A stretch of 64,000 nucleotides of DNA, from assembly GCA_965223545.1 (NCBI GenBank), contig OZ245006.1:6048001-6112000 (forward strand), written 5' to 3'. This stretch comes from Planctomycetota bacterium. GTDB taxonomy: Bacteria; Planctomycetota; UBA1135; UBA2386. Below the pieces are notes generated by a model, which saw nothing but the letters and a program-made list of their open reading frames with translations, was not told where the DNA came from and searched no databases. Shown piece after piece: positions 58,767-64,000 of this stretch; the stretch's first letter is position 1; each line of letters starts with the position of its first letter. Position numbers and translations under genes: made by a program.

Positions 58767-61325
58767 GTGCGCTTGAGCTCGTTGATCGAGTCGCGGTCGA
58801 GTGACACGGCGCCGCTTTCGTTCGCGCAGCGGCGGATCTGGTTCCTGTCGCAGATCGAGGATGCGGCCCCGGCCTACAACATGCCCGTGCAGTTGCGCGT
58901 GCGGGGCTCGTTGGACACAGCAGCGCTCGACACTGCGCTGGCCGGCGTCGTGCGGCGCCACCGGGTTTTGCGCAGCCGGATCGTGCGCGATGGCGAGCAG
59001 CTCCTGCAGGTCACCCAGCCGCCGCTGTCGAGCGTGCTGCAGGTCGTCGACCTGCGCGGTGCGCGGGATCCGGAGCAGGAGGTGCGCGCGATCGCCCGGG
59101 CCGAGGCCGGTCAGGTGTTCGATCTCGAGGCGGGTTCGTCGCATCGCTTCGTGCTGGCGCGCGTCGCCGACGAAGACTGGGTGTTGCTGCTGACGTTGTC
59201 GCACCTGGTCGCCGACGGCTGGTCGGTCGGCGTCCTCTTGCACGAGGTCTCGGTGGGCTATGCCGCGGCGCGGCGGGGGGTGGCCGCCGAGCTACCGGAG
59301 CTGGCGCTCCAGTACGGCGAGTTCGCCGCCTGGCAGCGCGACCACCTCGGTCGCGTGACGTTGCAAGAGGAGTTGGACTACTGGCGGCGACAGCTGGCGG
59401 ATCTGCCGGTGCTGCGTTTGCCGAGCGACCACCCCCGCCCCGAGCGGCAGACCTTCGTCGGCCGACAGCTGCGTTTTCGGATCGATGCGGAGCTGGCGGG
59501 GGCAGTGCGACGGCTGGCGGGCGAGTGCCGGGCGACGTTCGGCATGACGCTGCTGGCCGCCTTCCAAGCGTTGCTGTCGCGGTGGAGTGGCCAGCTGGAC
59601 TTCGCGGTGGGAACGCCGGTGGCCAACCGCCAGCCGCCGGAGACCGAGCCGCTGATCGGGCTGTTCTTGAACAACCTCGTGCTGCGCGCCGACCTGCGGG
59701 GCGAGCCGTCGTTTGCGGAAGTCGTGCGGCGTACCGCGGCGACCATGGTGGTTGCCATGGAGCACCAGCAGCTGCCGTTCGAAGAGCTCGTCGCGGCGCT
59801 GCGGCCCCCGCGCGACTTGGGCCGGAGTCCGCTGTTCGACGTGATGTTCAACTTCCTGAGCGAACCGCACGTCGACGCTCAGCTGGCGGGGGTCGCGGTG
59901 GAGGAGTTCGGCTTCGAGGGATTCACTGCCAAGTTGGACCTGACCCTGGGGCTGCGCCCGCGCGAGGACGGCATCGAGGGGGTGGTCGAGTACAACAGCG
60001 ACCTGTTCGACGAGGCCACCGTCGAGGCCATGCGCGACGAGTACTTGGCTGTGCTGCGCGCGGTGACCGCCGACCCGGAGATTGCGTTGGCACGGCTCCC
60101 GGTGCGCGGCGTGGCGGCAGCCTTGCCGACTCCCGCGCCGGCCGAGGTGGCGGCTCCGGCTCCTCCGCGCGGCCCGATCCAGCGCTTCTTGGCCAAGCTC
60201 TGGTGCGAGGTGTTGGAGCTCGACGAGGTGTCGGTGCACGACAACTTCTTCGACCTCGGCGGCCACTCGCTGCTGGCGATGCGCGTCGCGGTCCGCATCG
60301 AGGAGCGGTTGGGCGTTCGCGTGCAGCCGATGGAGCTCCTGGTCAACACCCTCGAGCAAATGGCGCGCCGGTGTTCGGTGCCCGCATCCGCCCCGGCGTC
60401 TGCGCAACCGACCGTGGCTGTCGAGGCGGCTCCGGTCGCCGTCGCCGCGGCCACCGGGGCGGCGATGGTCGATGGCGAGATCCGCGAGACGGCGGTGTCG
60501 TTCGGTCCCGCTGGCAGCGTCGTCGGGGTGCTCGCCGAGCCGGCCGACGAGGAGCTGCGCCGGGGGGTCGGAGTCACCCTGCTCAACGCCGGCGCCACGC
60601 CGAGGCTCGGGCCGCAGCGATTGTCGGTCAAGATCGCGCGCCGCTTGGCGCGGCTGGGCTATTGCTCGCTGCGCTTCGACTACAGCGGCATCGGCGACAG
60701 CCCGAGCCAGCGCGACGGTCTCTCCTACCAGGAGCGCGGCGTGCAGGAAGTGCGCCAGGCGTTCGACTTCCTCGCCGAGGCGCGCGGCGTGCCCGCGTTC
60801 GTGCCGATGGGGATGTGTTGGGGGGCCGACAACTCGATGCGCACGGCGCTCGCCGACCCGCGCGTCGCGGGCGCGCTGCTGTTCGATTTCTACGCCCGCC
60901 CCTCAGCGCGCTACTTGACGCGCCTCTACGCCCGAAGGCTGCTTTCACCGCACAGCTGGCGCAACTTCGTCGGCGGCAAGAGCTCGGTGCTGCGCTACCT
61001 GGTCGAAGCCGTGCAGCACCGCACCCGAGGCGACCGCGTCGACGTCGAGGACCCGTTCGCCGTCCCCGAGCCGACCGAGGCCGACTTCGCCACTCTGGTC
61101 GAGCGCGGCGTGCGGCTGTGTCTCGTCTACGCCAACGGCGCTCCATCGTACGACCACTACCGCTACCGGTTCCGCCCGTGGCTGGAACGCCATCCACAAT
61201 CGATCCAAGTGCGGCTGCTACCCAACGCCGACCACCTGGTCACCCTGCTCGCCAACCAGGACGCCTTCGTCGAGATCATCGCCACCTGGATGCAAGACCA
61301 AGCCGCCGCCGACCCACGCTTCTGA
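58767..61325 (+). CDS. NRPS: C, T and Cys-type alpha/beta hydrolase (no A domain)
   Basis: LSFAQRRIWF, SHLVADGWS, IGLFLN, HQQLPFE and FFDLGGHSLL, then LRFDYSGIGDS, GMCWGA and ADHLV. Confidence 0.93.
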   Translation: MRLSSLIESRSSDTAPLSFAQRRIWFLSQIEDAAPAYNMPVQLRVRGSLDTAALDTALAGVVRRHRVLRSRIVRDGEQLLQVTQPPLSSVLQVVDLRGARDPEQEVRAIARAEAGQVFDLEAGSSHRFVLARVADEDWVLLLTLSHLVADGWSVGVLLHEVSVGYAAARRGVAAELPELALQYGEFAAWQRDHLGRVTLQEELDYWRRQLADLPVLRLPSDHPRPERQTFVGRQLRFRIDAELAGAVRRLAGECRATFGMTLLAAFQALLSRWSGQLDFAVGTPVANRQPPETEPLIGLFLNNLVLRADLRGEPSFAEVVRRTAATMVVAMEHQQLPFEELVAALRPPRDLGRSPLFDVMFNFLSEPHVDAQLAGVAVEEFGFEGFTAKLDLTLGLRPREDGIEGVVEYNSDLFDEATVEAMRDEYLAVLRAVTADPEIALARLPVRGVAAALPTPAPAEVAAPAPPRGPIQRFLAKLWCEVLELDEVSVHDNFFDLGGHSLLAMRVAVRIEERLGVRVQPMELLVNTLEQMARRCSVPASAPASAQPTVAVEAAPVAVAAATGAAMVDGEIRETAVSFGPAGSVVGVLAEPADEELRRGVGVTLLNAGATPRLGPQRLSVKIARRLARLGYCSLRFDYSGIGDSPSQRDGLSYQERGVQEVRQAFDFLAEARGVPAFVPMGMCWGADNSMRTALADPRVAGALLFDFYARPSARYLTRLYARRLLSPHSWRNFVGGKSSVLRYLVEAVQHRTRGDRVDVEDPFAVPEPTEADFATLVERGVRLCLVYANGAPSYDHYRYRFRPWLERHPQSIQVRLLPNADHLVTLLANQDAFVEIIATWMQDQAAADPRF

Positions 61326-61326
61326 A

Positions 61327-61400
61327 GTACGGAGTCCGGCTCGATTTTCTCGCTTGGCGGCGGTAGCCGCCAAGCGAGAAAATCGAGCCGGACTCCGTAC
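61327..61400. repeat. Perfect 35-bp inverted repeat with 4-nt loop (REP doublet or bidirectional terminator-like)
   Basis: gtacggagtccggctcgattttctcgcttggcggc-GGTA-exact reverse complement. It fills the gap between convergent genes. Confidence 0.9.
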
Positions 61401-61403
61401 GTG

Positions 61404-63998
61404 TCACGGCCATGTTCGGATCGCGTCGACTGCGACGAACGCGCCCGGGGTCGGGTCCCGGTCGTAGACGCGGAGCTCGGCGATGCGTCCGCGCCATGGG
61501 CGGATGTCGCAGATCTCGGTGTGCATGCCGCCGCCGCCCAGGCCGCTCGCGCGCCAGACGGTTTCGCCGCCGCAGATCAGCTCGATTCCGCAGCGCTTGC
61601 GGTCCGCGTTGCCGGCGATCCGGACGCTCAGCACCGACCCGGCGAGCCGCAGCGGGGGTGAGCGCAGGGTGCCGACGCGCGGCCGCCCTTTGGGGTCGGC
61701 ACTGCTGAGCACGAACTCGCCTTGGTGGCCTCGAATTCCGGCGGGGTCGTTGGCGTCGACGCGCACGCGTCGAACGGCGCCATTGCCGTGCCAGGCGGAC
61801 AGAGCGGTGTCTTCGAAGGTGAGCGCCGCGGCGGCTCCGCGGGTGACGCTCGCCTCGACCGCCATCGGGCGCGGTTGGGCTGCGGGCATTGCCCGCAGCC
61901 AAGCAGCGCAGCGTGTCGCCTTGAGCTCCGCGCCGAGCTGCTCGTAGAACGCCAGCAACGCCGCGCCGGTTTGTCGGTCGGGCTCGGCGAAGAAGCGGCG
62001 CAACAAGCGGATCTCGAGTGTCCAGTCGCGGGCGGCGACCGCGGACCGCAGCCGATCGAGGTCGGTGTGCAGCGCCGCCAGGAGACTGTTGTCGGCGTGC
62101 GTCGCCCACACCGCCGCCAAGTAGGCTTGGTCCAGCTCGCCGCCGGCTTCGAGCGTGTGGGCGGCTCGTCGGAGCGCGTCGGCCAGGCGAGGATCGCGTG
62201 TGACGGCGGAGCCGCCGCGCCGCACGAGCTGTCGAACATCGTTCTGCATCGAACGCAGCGTGGGGTGCCGGGCCTCCGGCAGGGCGCTCGGGTAGGCGAT
62301 CGCGGCACTGCGCGGTGCCCTCGACGGCGCGGCGCGTGTCGTGATCCAGTGCCAGGAGTCGCCGTCCGTGCAGAGGCCCAGCTCGAGATCGACGCTGGCA
62401 AAGTCAGCCGATCGGGGCAGCCCGGCTCGGTCCGCTTCCAGCTCGAGATCGACCCGGTACGGCTCGCCCGGCAGCCAGTGTCGCGCGAACCACAGCGCCT
62501 TCGCCGCGCTCTCGATGCCTTGCCGTTCCGGCCGCCGGCTCAGCTTCGCCTGCAGCAAGATGGGGCCGCTCTGCCCGGTCCGCGTCGTCAGCCAGACGGT
62601 GACCCCGAGCGCATGCGGCGCGCCTCCCGTGCGCACCGTGCTGCCCACGACGTCGACCGAGTCGGTGAGCGCGATGCGCTGCAGGCGGTCGATGTCCGGA
62701 AAGTAGTCGACGAACGCCCCTCGGTGGATGCCGCGAGTCCGCGGCGCGCCGACGTCGTGGCGATGCGCGTAGCCGAGGTGCCACTCGGGCGACGCGCGCA
62801 GGCCGCGCCAGGTCTGCCCGTAGACGTTCAAGAACAGCGGCCAAGCGGGCTGCTCGTGGAACACGTGCCGATAGCGGTGGCGGTCGCGAACGCCGGAGTC
62901 CAGTCGGTGCGAGGGGGCGTAGTGGGCGAGCACCGGATCGCGGAGCCCGAGCAGGTCCAGCCCCCGAAGCTGGGCGGAAGAGGCCAATGACGGCGCGCCG
63001 AAGTCGGTCGTCGCCAGCCTGGCCACCGGAACTCCGAGGGAGTCCCGCAGCCGCTCGGTGGCTTCGACCTGGGCGAGCACGGGGCAGTAGTGGCACGGGG
63101 TCCGGTGGTCTTGACGGGCGGCGCTGCGATCGAGCACGACGTGGTCGAGGATCACCAACGCGCTCAACAGCACCGACGCGACCGCCGCGCGTGGTCGACC
63201 TGGGGTCCAGCGTTCGGTCGTGGCGGCGAGGGCCCCGACCCCCAGGGCTGCCAGCACGCCGATCGCGACCGCCGCAGGTGTGAACAACCGCCCTCCCATG
63301 GCCCGGTCACCGCCGGCCCAGACCGGAAACGCGAGGCCGACGGCGAGCACGGCCGCAAGGGCGCAACGCGGGTACCATCCGGCCGGTGGCTCCGCGCCTC
63401 CGAACCGATCGGCGCGCCACCGCCACAGCGGGACCGACCCGAGCCCGATCGCGGCGAGCACCACCATCCCAACATCGAGGTCCTGGCGCCAGAACCGCAG
63501 CAGGTAGGTGAGGCCGTCGTCGAGAGTCGTCGATTGCTTGGCCCAGTAGGTGTTGGTCACCCACGTTCCGAAATAGAGGCCGCGCGCGAGATGCAGCAGG
63601 CCCACGCCGAGGGCGAACACGCCGGCGTCGCGGAGCAGTCGTCCGCGGTCGCGAAGCGTAGCGCCGCGGGAGTCGAGCAGTCGGAGCCCGCCGAGCGCCA
63701 GTCCATAGGCGACGCCCTCCGGTCGGGTCGCCGCGACGGCGACTGCGAGCGTCGCGGCGAGGGGGAATCGGCGGGGGCGCGCCCGCTCGCGGAGGTCGGC
63801 GAGCAGCATCGCACCGAGCAGGCAGGCGAGCAGGCCGTTCTCCAGCCCGGCGGGCATCCACCGCGTGAACGCGGTCAGCGAACACGCGATCGCGGCCGGC
63901 ACCAGGTCGTGGGCGCGCACGTCGCGGCAGGCACGCCCCTCGGTCACCTGGACCAGCCGCCCCGCGAGCACCAACGCCACCCCGCCCAGGCCGACGCC
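61404..63998 (-). CDS. Multi-TM GT-C-like glycosyltransferase with extracellular C-terminal domains (5' end outside the window)
   Basis: GLENGL, TRPEG, YFG...NTYWAK, GGD...RLFTP and DLLGLRD; the frame stays open to the window edge. Confidence 0.7.
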   Translation of the reverse strand, partial: GVGLGGVALVLAGRLVQVTEGRACRDVRAHDLVPAAIACSLTAFTRWMPAGLENGLLACLLGAMLLADLRERARPRRFPLAATLAVAVAATRPEGVAYGLALGGLRLLDSRGATLRDRGRLLRDAGVFALGVGLLHLARGLYFGTWVTNTYWAKQSTTLDDGLTYLLRFWRQDLDVGMVVLAAIGLGSVPLWRWRADRFGGAEPPAGWYPRCALAAVLAVGLAFPVWAGGDRAMGGRLFTPAAVAIGVLAALGVGALAATTERWTPGRPRAAVASVLLSALVILDHVVLDRSAARQDHRTPCHYCPVLAQVEATERLRDSLGVPVARLATTDFGAPSLASSAQLRGLDLLGLRDPVLAHYAPSHRLDSGVRDRHRYRHVFHEQPAWPLFLNVYGQTWRGLRASPEWHLGYAHRHDVGAPRTRGIHRGAFVDYFPDIDRLQRIALTDSVDVVGSTVRTGGAPHALGVTVWLTTRTGQSGPILLQAKLSRRPERQGIESAAKALWFARHWLPGEPYRVDLELEADRAGLPRSADFASVDLELGLCTDGDSWHWITTRAAPSRAPRSAAIAYPSALPEARHPTLRSMQNDVRQLVRRGGSAVTRDPRLADALRRAAHTLEAGGELDQAYLAAVWATHADNSLLAALHTDLDRLRSAVAARDWTLEIRLLRRFFAEPDRQTGAALLAFYEQLGAELKATRCAAWLRAMPAAQPRPMAVEASVTRGAAAALTFEDTALSAWHGNGAVRRVRVDANDPAGIRGHQGEFVLSSADPKGRPRVGTLRSPPLRLAGSVLSVRIAGNADRKRCGIELICGGETVWRASGLGGGGMHTEICDIRPWRGRIAELRVYDRDPTPGAFVAVDAIRTWP

Positions 63999-64000
63999 GA

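Overview
This is a very GC-rich bacterial window. It is probably from a Planctomycetota genome, inferred from the kinase-linked ECF sigma factor, the pilin/HEAT fusion protein and the style of the secreted proteins. From left to right it holds: the end of murC plus murB; a methyltransferase; two HEAT-repeat proteins; an orphan PAS histidine kinase; an AT-richer esterase gene bracketed by 50-bp inverted repeats; a minimal GspE/2xGspF/3-pilin operon; an atypical galactokinase-like kinase beside a TMTC-like glycosyltransferase; pduO; and secreted proteins. An accessory patch next to tRNA-Val(CAC) carries a complete IS1634 (21-bp inverted repeats, CTAG duplication) that splits a stand-alone Clp-N gene. 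After it come a divergent homoserine kinase, a TlpA-TPR protein, a Ser/Thr kinase-WD40/ECF pair, a frameshifted SBBP-repeat gene, a YtrA-ABC operon with clear promoter and operator, ALDH7, GT2/DUF2304 and a DUF1579-like gene. The best candidate for an undescribed system is a self-contained ~14 kb non-linear NRPS cluster (47259-61325). It encodes a variant SHMT, a partial-C/A/MT/T protein, a SyrP-like TauD dioxygenase, an interface-type C*/A(His-like)/T protein, a GLRLG plus GxCWG alpha/beta-hydrolase pair, and a C-T-Cys-hydrolase terminal protein. Other leads are a shared C-terminal domain on three unrelated secreted proteins and a REP-like repeat that includes a perfect 35-bp hairpin. All calls come from motif recognition by eye; no searches were run.
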